Positions 54,759 through 64,000 of a stretch of DNA of 64,000 nt are shown one piece after another. Position 1 is the stretch's first letter; each line of letters begins with the position of its first letter. Position numbers and translations under genes: made by a program. The notes below the pieces were generated by a model. The model was not told the origin of the DNA. It was given only the letters and a program-made list of their open reading frames with translations, and searched no databases. Source of the DNA: Elusimicrobiales bacterium (GTDB lineage Bacteria; Elusimicrobiota; Elusimicrobia; Elusimicrobiales; UBA9959); NCBI GenBank assembly GCA_028713125.1, contig JAQTOU010000002.1:398583-462582 (forward strand), read 5' to 3'.

Positions 54759-56198
54759 ATGAGACTGATAATTGTTTCAGCGGCTCTGCTTTTTGCCTGC
54801 CGCTACTGCGACGCCGCCTATGTTTACTCGCTGCGCGGCGACGTGGATATCAAGAAAAGCGGCTCCACCGAATGGACGCGCATAGATGCGGACCAGAATA
54901 AAACTCCGCTGAAGCAGGGCGACGAAATGCGCACTTCCAGGGCTTCCACGGTGGAGATCTTCATGGACGACGGCTCGAAGGTGAAACTGGCGCCTCTTTC
55001 GGCCTTCAGGATGTCCGCGGAGGACAAAGAGACCGTTTCTCTGGGGCTCTATTTCGGCCGGGTGCGCTCCTGGGTAAAGAAATTCTCCAAAAAATTCGAA
55101 GTCCGGACCCCGTCGGCCGTCTGCGCCGTGCGCGGCACTGATTTCATGGTCTCGGCGGACGCGGAAGGGAACAGCCGCGTCGAAGTTTACGAGGGCAGCG
55201 TGCTTACCGGGGACTCCCGGGGCAATTCCTCCCTCGTGAGGGAGGGCCAGTTCTCCGAGATCCCCAGCGGCGGCAAGATGAAAGACCCCGACTCCAATCC
55301 CAATGAGCCCGCCGACATGAACTCCTCGCTCGGAGACGCGAGGCAGATAGCCAGGGCCGAGATCTACGGCGAAATTTCCAAGGAGGACGTGCTGGCGCGG
55401 GCGCAGGAGGAGATGCAGTCGGCGGAGTACCAGAGCCGCAAGGTGGCGATAGACGCTTTCGGCAACCGGGTCCGCATGGAGGAATACACTATCAGGCCCG
55501 CCGCCGACCAGTTCAAGTACGTGGTGCTGAACACCCGCGGGGACCGCTTCGATTTCGGCAAGATCCTGTTCACTTTCGACACTGACCTGCCGGCCGACCT
55601 CTCGCAGGCCACGCAGAATATGATCTCCTCTCCCGGCTCCGCCGCGCCGCAGTGGCAGCTTATCGCCATGAACAGCGTGATGAGCAATACCACCGATAAA
55701 GTTACCGAGGATGCCAGCGGCGGCAGCATGGCCTATAACGGCAGCCTGACCGACCCGCGCTATAATTTGGTTTTCGGGAATTATTCATTCTACGCGGCCG
55801 GCCCCGCGGAGGCCAATGATAACGGCGGCCTTGGGAAACTGCTCTGGGCCAAGACGAATTATAATGTGCCGCTGAACACGGAAAGCTCCATCTCCTACCT
55901 GGGCGGTTCGGCGCCGGCGCTCGAATCCTCCAACCCGGCCGATTTCCATTCTATCTCTAAGAATACCTACAGCGACGGGACCTGGATAGCTGCGGAGGAC
56001 TTCGTGCTTTTTAACGACGGGAGCATCCTCTCGCCCGGGGATTTCAGCAGCGGCCTGAGCGCCGGGAACAGCCTGGACGCAATAACCGACAAGCTCAATT
56101 TCCAGCGGGTTTACACCAGCTCACTTTTCGGCGGGCGCAAGATAGACCTGATATACTCCGCCAAGCTGCTCAAGGAGATCGGCCTGCTGCGCTTCTAG
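54759..56198 (+). CDS. secreted FecR-domain protein (paralog 3 of 3)
   Basis: ATG at 54759 (MRLIIVSAALLFACRYCDA, preceded by AAGGAG) preferred over 54648; FEVRTPSAVCAVRGTDFMVS; DAFGNRVRMEEYTIRP; C-terminal GRKIDLIY. Confidence 0.7.
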   Translation: MRLIIVSAALLFACRYCDAAYVYSLRGDVDIKKSGSTEWTRIDADQNKTPLKQGDEMRTSRASTVEIFMDDGSKVKLAPLSAFRMSAEDKETVSLGLYFGRVRSWVKKFSKKFEVRTPSAVCAVRGTDFMVSADAEGNSRVEVYEGSVLTGDSRGNSSLVREGQFSEIPSGGKMKDPDSNPNEPADMNSSLGDARQIARAEIYGEISKEDVLARAQEEMQSAEYQSRKVAIDAFGNRVRMEEYTIRPAADQFKYVVLNTRGDRFDFGKILFTFDTDLPADLSQATQNMISSPGSAAPQWQLIAMNSVMSNTTDKVTEDASGGSMAYNGSLTDPRYNLVFGNYSFYAAGPAEANDNGGLGKLLWAKTNYNVPLNTESSISYLGGSAPALESSNPADFHSISKNTYSDGTWIAAEDFVLFNDGSILSPGDFSSGLSAGNSLDAITDKLNFQRVYTSSLFGGRKIDLIYSAKLLKEIGLLRF

Positions 56199-56236
56199 AG
56201 GTTTTGCGCTGAACAAAAAAATGGAACGAATAATTT

Positions 56237-57472
56237 ATGGTAAATAAACATAATCCCTTTATAGTGCCGTCCCTGATCCTTCTTTCACTTTTAGGCCCTG
56301 CCGCGCCGCTCTACCCGGCGTCGAAGATCCTTACCGTCGCCGACGTCTCCCTCCTGGGCGGGAAATATTTCCTCGATTCCCAGGCCGCTTCTTTCCAGGG
56401 CCGGGTGGACGCTTTTGTGTCCCCGACTATCAAGCTGTCGGAGAACAGCGATCTTATCCCGGTTTACTCCGGCAACTATTCCGGTACCCAGGACATACAG
56501 GAGCTCGCCGGCGGCGGCGTGCTTACCCGGAAGCGGATGACCAATACTTTTTCCCTTAAATATATCTACACAGACGAGTTCAACAAGTACAAGCCGCGCC
56601 TCTCCTACTCGAAGGCGGGCATAAAGGAAACCAAGGACGAGAAGTGGGGGGACGGCCTTTTCGACTATACCACCCTGTCCTTCGGTTTCGAGGCCGAGCA
56701 GGAGCGCCCGCGCGGGACCTTTACCGAATCCTACGACTATTACAAGGTGACCTACCCCAATTACAGCACACTGCTCTCGCAGTCGCAGTCCGTCTTCAAC
56801 GACACCACTACCTTTAACCAGCTTTCCACCAATGCCGGCGCGAACCCGCTGGACAATACCAGCCACCGCCTGGGCTTCGTTTACTCCTGGTTCCCGGAGC
56901 CGCTCAATATGAAGGCCGGCTACGATTTCACCTACCGCACCTACGGCGACCAGGCCGTGGCGGCCAGGCCCGTCACGGGGCAATCTCCTTTCAAGAGCGA
57001 CAAGCGCGCCGATATCATGCAGAACTTCAGCCTCAGGGCCAGCCGCGCCCTTAAGCCGCTTTTCCTCAGTGCCGGGGCGCGCCTGGGCTGGCTCAGCTCC
57101 AACCAAGGCTCGTACGATTCCACCCGCAGCAAGTATATGGAAGATTATTACAGCTATGTGGACCTTTCTTTAAGCCCGGCGATGACGCTCGCCCTCCCGA
57201 GCGGCGCGCAGTTCAATTTCGGCGTGGACTGGCGGCAGGTCTGGTACCAGGGCCGCCCGGCTCAGGCCGATACCGGCACCTACGGAAAAGCGGAGATCAA
57301 GCAGACCTGCTGGCTTACCTCCCTTTCCGTCCGCTACCCGCTGGCCAACAGGTTCTTCGCGCGCGCGGCCTATAACTACCAGGTTTCGAGCTCGAACATG
57401 CATTACGAGGAGAGCTACCGGTACAATTACCGGGCCAGCACCTATCTGATGGGGATAGAGTGGGAGTTCTGA
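56237..57472 (+). CDS. putative outer-membrane beta-barrel protein, uncharacterised family (paralog 3 of 3)
   Basis: 411 aa; signal peptide; paralogous to the ORFs at 51762 and 14197; ends ..YLMGIEWEF. Confidence 0.55.
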   Translation: MVNKHNPFIVPSLILLSLLGPAAPLYPASKILTVADVSLLGGKYFLDSQAASFQGRVDAFVSPTIKLSENSDLIPVYSGNYSGTQDIQELAGGGVLTRKRMTNTFSLKYIYTDEFNKYKPRLSYSKAGIKETKDEKWGDGLFDYTTLSFGFEAEQERPRGTFTESYDYYKVTYPNYSTLLSQSQSVFNDTTTFNQLSTNAGANPLDNTSHRLGFVYSWFPEPLNMKAGYDFTYRTYGDQAVAARPVTGQSPFKSDKRADIMQNFSLRASRALKPLFLSAGARLGWLSSNQGSYDSTRSKYMEDYYSYVDLSLSPAMTLALPSGAQFNFGVDWRQVWYQGRPAQADTGTYGKAEIKQTCWLTSLSVRYPLANRFFARAAYNYQVSSSNMHYEESYRYNYRASTYLMGIEWEF

Positions 57473-57531
57473 GCGGGGGAGTCTGAGGAAATAAATTTAT
57501 CGGTACCGTAAGTTTCAGCCGGAGAATAATT

Positions 57532-60500
57532 ATGCGAAAGATAAAAAACATTTTCATCAACCTGCTGGGGGCGGCGCTTTTCGCCGCCGGCTCCGCCGGG
57601 CTGGCCCAGGCCCAAAGCCCCTTTACCGGGAATTTCGCCGCCGGCGGCGTAACCTATGACGGCGGCCCCTACCAGATCGGGATGATGCAGCGCGGCGCCG
57701 GGATCGCCGTGGATACTATAACGATAAACGGTCCCTATACTTACACCGTAGCGGTTTCTTCGAACGGCGGCTCGGCCGACTACCTTATAGCGAAGTACGA
57801 TCCCGCCGGTGTGGTGCTTTCTTCCGTTTCTTTCTCCAAGGGCCCGTCGAATATGGAGCAGCCGGCCATAGCTGTCGGACCTGACGGCTCCGTCTATGTC
57901 GCGGCTGACGTGGCCGAGCAGCCCATGACGTATTCTTATTCTTTTGACAGCCTCCTGCTTAAATTCAACCCCAGCCTGGGTTTCGTGTCCTCCACCACTT
58001 TCAGGGTCGCCGCTGGCGGCGCAAACGACGGCTTTTATGCCGTGGCCACCGACGCAGCAGGAAATGTTTACGCGACTGGAACCTCCAATAACGGGACAGG
58101 CGGCAGCGGGAACGGCGAGATAGTCACTTTGAAATACGATCCCGCCCTGGTCTTCATCTCGTCCGCCGTCTTTAATATCGAAGGGGCCGGCCTCCATGAT
58201 ATAGCCCGCGGCATCGCCGTAAATTCCGCGAACGTTTATGTGGCCGGGATGTCCTATACCGCGCCCGGGATCAATCCTGTCTGCACCATACTCAGGTACA
58301 CCCAGGCGATGACTTTCGTTTCCTCCGCCGCTTTTGCCGGCGGCTTCGGGGCCTGTAATGCCATAACGGCGGTGCAGAGCGCCGGGGCCGTCTTTGTGGC
58401 CGGTTATCTGGACGCCGGTTCTTTCAACACGGCTTCCATAGTGGCGAGATATACCAACACCCTGGTGTTCGAGTCCTCGGCCGGCTATAACGGCGGAGGC
58501 TATAACATAGCCAACGGCCTGGCGGCCGACGGGGCGGGCGGCGTTTACGTGACCGGCAGGTACGACGGCGTCACCGAGAACTTCGTCCTGTTCGCCTACG
58601 ACAATTACCTGAACTTTATCTCTTCCACCGGCTATGACAGCGGCTACTCCGATATAGGTTATGGCCTGGCCGCGGACGCCGCCCGGAACGTGTATGTCGC
58701 CGGTTATTCCAATAACGGCATTAACGACGTCGTGAAAACTATCAGGTACACCCAGGCGGACCTCGCACCCACGTTTCCCGCCGCGGCGACGCAGCGCGTC
58801 TGGATCGGCGGCGGCGCCGACCTGGCCAGCGAACCCGGTAACTGGCTGAACGGTCTGCCCCAGCCCGGCGACGGCATACTTTATGACGCGGCCTATATCC
58901 CGAATGCCAGCCTGACATGGGACCTCGGGGCCTCCGTCCCGCTTTCTTCCGTCACTGTCAGCGGCGCCCTTCCGAGCGGCACGCTGATAGTCGCTTCGCC
59001 GCTGCTTGTCACCGGCGATCTCGTTTTGAACTCGCCTAACGCTGCCGTGCTCTTCGATTCGGGGAGCGGGATCTCCAGCGTCAGCGGTGAGGTTAAGGTA
59101 GACGCCGGAGTTTTCTCCGTCACCGCCTCCACGTTCATCTCCGTCACGACCTTTACCGTAAACGGCGGGACCTTCGACCTGGCCTCGGCCTATTTCATGG
59201 GCAACAGGCTGACCGTCAACAGCGGGGCGGCCCTCTCTCTCCGCGTCGCCGACCCGCTCTTTAATACTGAGCCGCCGGTCCTTACCAGCACCAGCCCTAC
59301 CTCAGCGCTCAAACTGACCGTGGACGGAACGGTCGACGTTTCCAGCTGCGTCATCGGGAGGACCTGGCATAAGGGCATCGATTTCGGGCCCGCCGTTTCC
59401 TTCACTAATTTCTCCAACGTTCTTTTCCAGGGGCCCCTGCTCCCCGGAACCACGGCTATTTATTTCGAGGGCGGCGCGCCTTACGTCACTTTCAGCAGCG
59501 TAAGTTTCGCCGACGCCAATATCTATTTCAACGTGAACGCCAGCCTGCTGAGCCCCGGCGCGAGCATAACCATGCTGTACTTCTCCGGCCCCAGGGCCGG
59601 CGCCTCCTTCGAGAACGATCCCTTCAGCTACGTGCAGTGGGGGCCGCCGGTAGTATATATTTCCACCGCCGACGTTTCGCCGGCCGCCTATTTAGCCGGC
59701 CAGGAAGCCGCGGCGCTAAGGATAACGCCTTATACTCTTTCGGGTTCGGCAGCTTTCACCGGGATGCAGATAGCCGTAAATCCAGCCGGCGCCTACACCG
59801 ATATAGCCTCGGTCGCCGTCTATAAAGACACCGACCTGGACGGAATCTGGAACGGCCAGGTGGACCAACTCCTGGCCGGCGGCCCGGTCACCTCCGCCAC
59901 TTTCAATTTCGACCTCAGCGGCGGGCAGCCCCCGGCCGCGCCCGGGCGCAAGCCCGCGGGGTTCCCCGGCTCTCCGGGCGGGATCGTGGATACGAACCCT
60001 ATCGGTCTTTTCATAACCCTGACGCCCGCTGTCGCGGCCGTGGGCAATAATGTCAATGTTTCTGTGGTCTCTTCCAACTCCTTTACCACAGGCGGCGACA
60101 TGGCGCAGCAGGCTATCTACCCCGTGGTTTCGGCTCCCAAACTGGTCAACTACCTGGCCGGCGTGACGACCCTCGCCGCCCCTGCGGGCGCCAACCTCAA
60201 TACGCTCAGCCTGGCCTGGACCTATCCGCAGGACATCGCCGCCGGGCATTACATAGTCCGCTATAGCACTAACCCGGCTGACCTCGCCGACCCCGATTCG
60301 ACCGATAACCAGACGGTGACTGATATCAGCGGCGTGACGGCCGGCTCCGTGGACAGCCTCGATCTATACGAGCTTCCCGTGGTGACCGACGGGCTGCGCG
60401 TATTGCCGCGCTACGCCGCGGTCTGGCTCTATAACGGGACGAGCACGTCCTCGGTTTCAAATTTGGTGCGGAACCTTTATTTCCCCGTGTCTTCCGTGAG

Positions 60501-63500
60501 CGACCAGGACGCCAGGCTCCTTACCCGCTCCGGGATGTCCGCCCAGCCCGAGAACGGCCCCAGGTTCGCCCGCGGCCCCGCCGGGCTCTATTCAGCCCTC
60601 AGCTTCTACGGCGACGCGAACTATCTCGTCACCCTCAACACCCCGTACGGCGGCTCGCACTTCTATTACGACCCTTTCGCCCAGCTGGAGCTTAAGGACC
60701 TGGCCGCCGACCAGGACGGGAATGCTTACGGCTTTATCCAGAGGGGCGGCGACACGCCCCTGGTGGTCAAGTTCGGCCCCGGCGGCGCCGTGCTGTGGAC
60801 CAGGACTTTCATTACCGCCTCCACCGAAACCGCGAAGGCGCTGGTCTACGGCAATAACGCCGTATACGCGGCCACCGAATACGAGAACGGTTCCAACGGC
60901 CGGGACTATAAGATCCGCAAGCTCAGCGCCGCCGACGGCACCGGGGACGTGGAAGCCTCCTACGACAGCGCGCCGGGCACGGGCGTTTACGACGAGGTGG
61001 ATAGCCTCGCCTTCGCGGCGGATCCCTCGTTCCCTTCCGGCGGAAATATTTACGCCGCCGGCGCCAGCGGGCAGTACCCGCTGAACGGCAGGCTGCATAA
61101 ATTCACGGATAGCGGTTCGACCCTGGCCCCTTCCCTCGCCGGAACCTGGCCCGTGCAGTATTACAACCCGGGCGGCGGGGATTCCCGCGCCCTTTTCGTT
61201 AAAGAGGACGGGAACGGCAACCTGGTGGTGGCCGGCTCCGAGCAGCGCTATGACCTCAACCAGGGCCTCAATATCTGGCTGAACAGGTACAGCCCCTACG
61301 GCGGCCAGATGCTCGCCGCGCGCTATAATAACGCGCAGGCCAACGCCGACGACGTCCCCACCGGCCTGGACTTCGACAGCTTCGGCAATATCTACGTCTC
61401 CGGCTACACCGACATGTGGAACATGTCGCAGGGTTACAATATGCTTCTGGCCAAGTTCGCTCCCGGCGGCCAGCTTATTTCCGGGCGCGTCTACGATTCC
61501 GGCTCCGGCGGCTACGACTGGGGCATGGCCGTGCAGGTCTCAACCGACAATTACGCGCACGTTGCCGGCGTGTTCGACGGATCCTTCGGTGTCTACTCCG
61601 TGCCGCTGGGCGCGGCCAACGCGCAGTTCTTCACCGCCGCGGAAGGCCCCTATACGGCCACCGTGGACCTGACGTGGAACTACCCCGGGCGCCTGCCCGC
61701 CGGCTCGACTTTCTCCGTGCAGTACAGCACGGATGCGTCTCCGGCCTGGAACCGCGCTTCGGCGCAGATAGTCGCCAGCACCGGGCCCCTTTCCGCCGGT
61801 TCCGTGCAGCTTCGCCGCGTGGGAGAACTGACGGCGCTGCGCTACCCCGGCGCGGGTGGCGGCACCGCGGGACAGGAGACCCGCGGCAATCTCTACAAGT
61901 TCAAGGTCTGGATAACCAGCGGCGGCCTCACTACCGAACTGCCTGAGGCGCAGGCTTTCGCGAGGACGCCCTCCGCCTACGACAATACCCAGTATTTCGG
62001 GCGCGAGCGCCTTTCCTATATGAGCGGCCTGGGCGGCCCGGCCAGCGCCATAGCCGTGGACGGCCCCTATGTCTACCACGCCTTCGGCGGCTATTCCGAC
62101 GGCGGCTCGGCCGGTTTCGGCCTGCGCAAATATAACACCGACCAGTACCTGGAATGGACCAAGTTCTTCAATAACAGGAACAACCGGGCTTACTCTGTGG
62201 GCAATATGGCCCGCGACGCGGCCGGCAACTTCTACCTGGTGGGCAGCCAGAGAACCGTGGACGTCTCACCGACCGGGCCTGAATACCTGGTGGCCGGCAA
62301 GAACATGTGGATAGCCAAACTGAACGCGGACGGGGACTTCGTGTGGTCCTACGCCGTAGACGCCTCGGGCATAAACATGATGGACGAACTATACGACGTG
62401 GCCGTGCAGGGGAGCTCCCTTTACGTGGTCGGCGTCACCTCGACTTCCTCCAGCGGCATGAACGTGCTGGCGCGGAAGTACGATATCTCACCGTCGACCT
62501 ATCCGGCCCTGGTGTGGACCTACACCGAGAACGGGACCGGGAACGGCGACGACTTCGGCTACGGCATAGACGTGGGCACCGGCGCTGTTTACCTGTCCGG
62601 GACCGTGTTCAATACTGACAAGGATATCCTGGTGCGGGCCCTTGATAAGACCAGCGGAGCCGCCGCCGGCGGGTCCATAGTGATAGCTTCCGCGAGCGGC
62701 GACGATGAAGGCTACGACCTGGCCGTCACCACGACCGCGCCGGTTTACATCTACGTGGCCGGCTCCATAGCCGGCACGGCGAACGACGCGGCGCTCTTCA
62801 AATACACCCCCGCCGGCGCTTCCGTATGGAGCCGCTCTTATAACGGCAGGGCCGGCCTGGACGACGCCTACCAGGCGGTCAAGCTGGACGGCAGCGGGGT
62901 GCTGGTCGCCGGCTACGAAACCACTTACGACCAGGGCAGGAACAGCCTTTACCGCGAGTTCGACCATTCCGGAACCGAGGACTGGAGCCGCAGCTTCGAC
63001 TTCTCCTACAGCGGCGACGACGAGGCTTACTCCCTGGCCGTGGACGTTTCGGGACGGGTCTATTCGGCCGTTTCCCTGTGGAGCGACAAGCCCGGTTTCT
63101 ACTATTTCCCCGAGCCCAGTTTCAACCTCATGGCTTCGCAGAATTACGTGCCCGGCTCGGTGCGCCTGGACTGGATGAACCAGTACAACATGCCCGCCAG
63201 CATGCCCTTCGCCGTACAGTATTCCACCTACGACCTGGGCGTGGCCTGGAGCACGGCCGCCGCGCAGGTGCGGTACCTGTCGGACTCCGCCAAGCTGGAA
63301 GGCATGAACCTGTCCCGCGTGATCTACGGCCTCGACAGCGGCCGCGACGCGCAGGGCATGTCCACCGGCCCCCTCTATCACTTCAAAGTATGGTTCTCCA
63401 CGGAAGCCGGGGTCTATACGGCCGTGCCCGGGGCGGCCTCGGCCCGCGCCTCTGACGGCTGGGCAAATGAGAACATGGTGATGTATCCCAATGAAGCCAA

Positions 63501-64000
63501 GCTCTTCGTCATAAACAGCGGCCAGCAGTCGGCGGCGGCCTATTACGGCGAGAAAGAGTTCCCCGGCATAGCGCGCGACGCTTCCGGCAATATCTATACC
63601 GTGGCGAACATGGATTGGAACGGCAACGGCGGTTTCGCCGTTAAGAAGTTCAATTCCGCCTATATGCCGCTCTGGACCAAATATTACGCCCCCGGGGAAT
63701 GGTTCCAGGTAAAGGCCAACAGGCTGGACATAGACGCGGCCGGCGATCTCTATATAACCGGTTACGAGCGGGATCCTTACGGTTCTACCGGCAAGGACCT
63801 TTTCGTCATGAAGTTCGGCGCCACCGGGGTGGTCTGGAAATCGACCTATAACTTCATCGGCGGTGACGACACCGGCTACGGCGTGGCGGTCGGCGCTTCC
63901 GGCGACGTGTTCGTGGCCGGTTCAGTAGACGCCGGCGACGGCAATATAGACATCCTGGCGGCCAAATTCGGTCCCTCCGGCGCCCTTCTTTCCACCGCGA
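57532..64000 (+). CDS. giant secreted SBBP (beta-propeller) repeat protein, 3-prime partial (continues beyond the window)
   Basis: Not in the supplied track because it has no stop in the window. I translated the frame from the ATG at 57532 (GGAGA Shine-Dalgarno; signal peptide MRKIKNIFINLLGAALFAAGSAGLAQA) to 64000 and met no stop codon (more than 2150 codons). It has many SBBP-type repeats (D..GNVYVTG.....D....KY...G). All other-frame ORFs listed here look like GC-driven shadows. Confidence 0.75.
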   Translation, partial: MRKIKNIFINLLGAALFAAGSAGLAQAQSPFTGNFAAGGVTYDGGPYQIGMMQRGAGIAVDTITINGPYTYTVAVSSNGGSADYLIAKYDPAGVVLSSVSFSKGPSNMEQPAIAVGPDGSVYVAADVAEQPMTYSYSFDSLLLKFNPSLGFVSSTTFRVAAGGANDGFYAVATDAAGNVYATGTSNNGTGGSGNGEIVTLKYDPALVFISSAVFNIEGAGLHDIARGIAVNSANVYVAGMSYTAPGINPVCTILRYTQAMTFVSSAAFAGGFGACNAITAVQSAGAVFVAGYLDAGSFNTASIVARYTNTLVFESSAGYNGGGYNIANGLAADGAGGVYVTGRYDGVTENFVLFAYDNYLNFISSTGYDSGYSDIGYGLAADAARNVYVAGYSNNGINDVVKTIRYTQADLAPTFPAAATQRVWIGGGADLASEPGNWLNGLPQPGDGILYDAAYIPNASLTWDLGASVPLSSVTVSGALPSGTLIVASPLLVTGDLVLNSPNAAVLFDSGSGISSVSGEVKVDAGVFSVTASTFISVTTFTVNGGTFDLASAYFMGNRLTVNSGAALSLRVADPLFNTEPPVLTSTSPTSALKLTVDGTVDVSSCVIGRTWHKGIDFGPAVSFTNFSNVLFQGPLLPGTTAIYFEGGAPYVTFSSVSFADANIYFNVNASLLSPGASITMLYFSGPRAGASFENDPFSYVQWGPPVVYISTADVSPAAYLAGQEAAALRITPYTLSGSAAFTGMQIAVNPAGAYTDIASVAVYKDTDLDGIWNGQVDQLLAGGPVTSATFNFDLSGGQPPAAPGRKPAGFPGSPGGIVDTNPIGLFITLTPAVAAVGNNVNVSVVSSNSFTTGGDMAQQAIYPVVSAPKLVNYLAGVTTLAAPAGANLNTLSLAWTYPQDIAAGHYIVRYSTNPADLADPDSTDNQTVTDISGVTAGSVDSLDLYELPVVTDGLRVLPRYAAVWLYNGTSTSSVSNLVRNLYFPVSSVSDQDARLLTRSGMSAQPENGPRFARGPAGLYSALSFYGDANYLVTLNTPYGGSHFYYDPFAQLELKDLAADQDGNAYGFIQRGGDTPLVVKFGPGGAVLWTRTFITASTETAKALVYGNNAVYAATEYENGSNGRDYKIRKLSAADGTGDVEASYDSAPGTGVYDEVDSLAFAADPSFPSGGNIYAAGASGQYPLNGRLHKFTDSGSTLAPSLAGTWPVQYYNPGGGDSRALFVKEDGNGNLVVAGSEQRYDLNQGLNIWLNRYSPYGGQMLAARYNNAQANADDVPTGLDFDSFGNIYVSGYTDMWNMSQGYNMLLAKFAPGGQLISGRVYDSGSGGYDWGMAVQVSTDNYAHVAGVFDGSFGVYSVPLGAANAQFFTAAEGPYTATVDLTWNYPGRLPAGSTFSVQYSTDASPAWNRASAQIVASTGPLSAGSVQLRRVGELTALRYPGAGGGTAGQETRGNLYKFKVWITSGGLTTELPEAQAFARTPSAYDNTQYFGRERLSYMSGLGGPASAIAVDGPYVYHAFGGYSDGGSAGFGLRKYNTDQYLEWTKFFNNRNNRAYSVGNMARDAAGNFYLVGSQRTVDVSPTGPEYLVAGKNMWIAKLNADGDFVWSYAVDASGINMMDELYDVAVQGSSLYVVGVTSTSSSGMNVLARKYDISPSTYPALVWTYTENGTGNGDDFGYGIDVGTGAVYLSGTVFNTDKDILVRALDKTSGAAAGGSIVIASASGDDEGYDLAVTTTAPVYIYVAGSIAGTANDAALFKYTPAGASVWSRSYNGRAGLDDAYQAVKLDGSGVLVAGYETTYDQGRNSLYREFDHSGTEDWSRSFDFSYSGDDEAYSLAVDVSGRVYSAVSLWSDKPGFYYFPEPSFNLMASQNYVPGSVRLDWMNQYNMPASMPFAVQYSTYDLGVAWSTAAAQVRYLSDSAKLEGMNLSRVIYGLDSGRDAQGMSTGPLYHFKVWFSTEAGVYTAVPGAASARASDGWANENMVMYPNEAKLFVINSGQQSAAAYYGEKEFPGIARDASGNIYTVANMDWNGNGGFAVKKFNSAYMPLWTKYYAPGEWFQVKANRLDIDAAGDLYITGYERDPYGSTGKDLFVMKFGATGVVWKSTYNFIGGDDTGYGVAVGASGDVFVAGSVDAGDGNIDILAAKFGPSGALLSTA

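Overview
GC-rich 64 kb chromosomal window from a diderm bacterium, judged from LptD, Pal-CpoB-TolB, MltA and many signal-peptide beta-barrel candidates. I support about 48 protein genes. By eye I found no rRNA, tRNA or CRISPR array. Most of the window is a housekeeping backbone: grpE-dnaK-dnaJ-rsmE, nadC-birA-queG, a DUF1343/NamZ-like gene with mltA, smc, trxA, polA, coaE, rho, rpmE, prfA-prmC-murA-folC, a ROK kinase, lptD, a sugar epimerase, tdk, pal-cpoB-tolB, a polyprenyl synthase and a CDF metal exporter. Three orphan CheY-like receivers are scattered through it. The most interesting content is a set of four protein families that occurs in two separate loci, 11.6-18.4 kb and 45.7-64.0+ kb. 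The families are (a) a signal-peptide FecR-domain protein with no anti-sigma or TM part, (b) an uncharacterised ~400-aa outer-membrane-barrel candidate, (c) a PorV/PorQ-like barrel and (d) a very large beta-rich secreted protein. One large protein is 1669 aa and carries a T9SS-type/FlgD-Ig-like C-terminal domain directly upstream of a PorV-like gene. Another is an SBBP-repeat protein of more than 2150 aa that runs off the window end and is absent from the supplied ORF track. No ECF sigma factor, TonB-dependent receptor or T9SS core gene is visible, so I flag this cassette as a candidate undescribed surface-protein export or anchoring system. Further observations: a GTWACATT box shared by three promoter regions, tandem active-site-degenerate MNT-type nucleotidyltransferases with no HEPN partner, an N/Q-rich N-terminal extension on Rho, several structured intergenic elements, -10 boxes abutting start codons that suggest leaderless mRNAs, and a truncated IS transposase fragment. 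All functional calls rest on motif recognition by eye. No database search was run.
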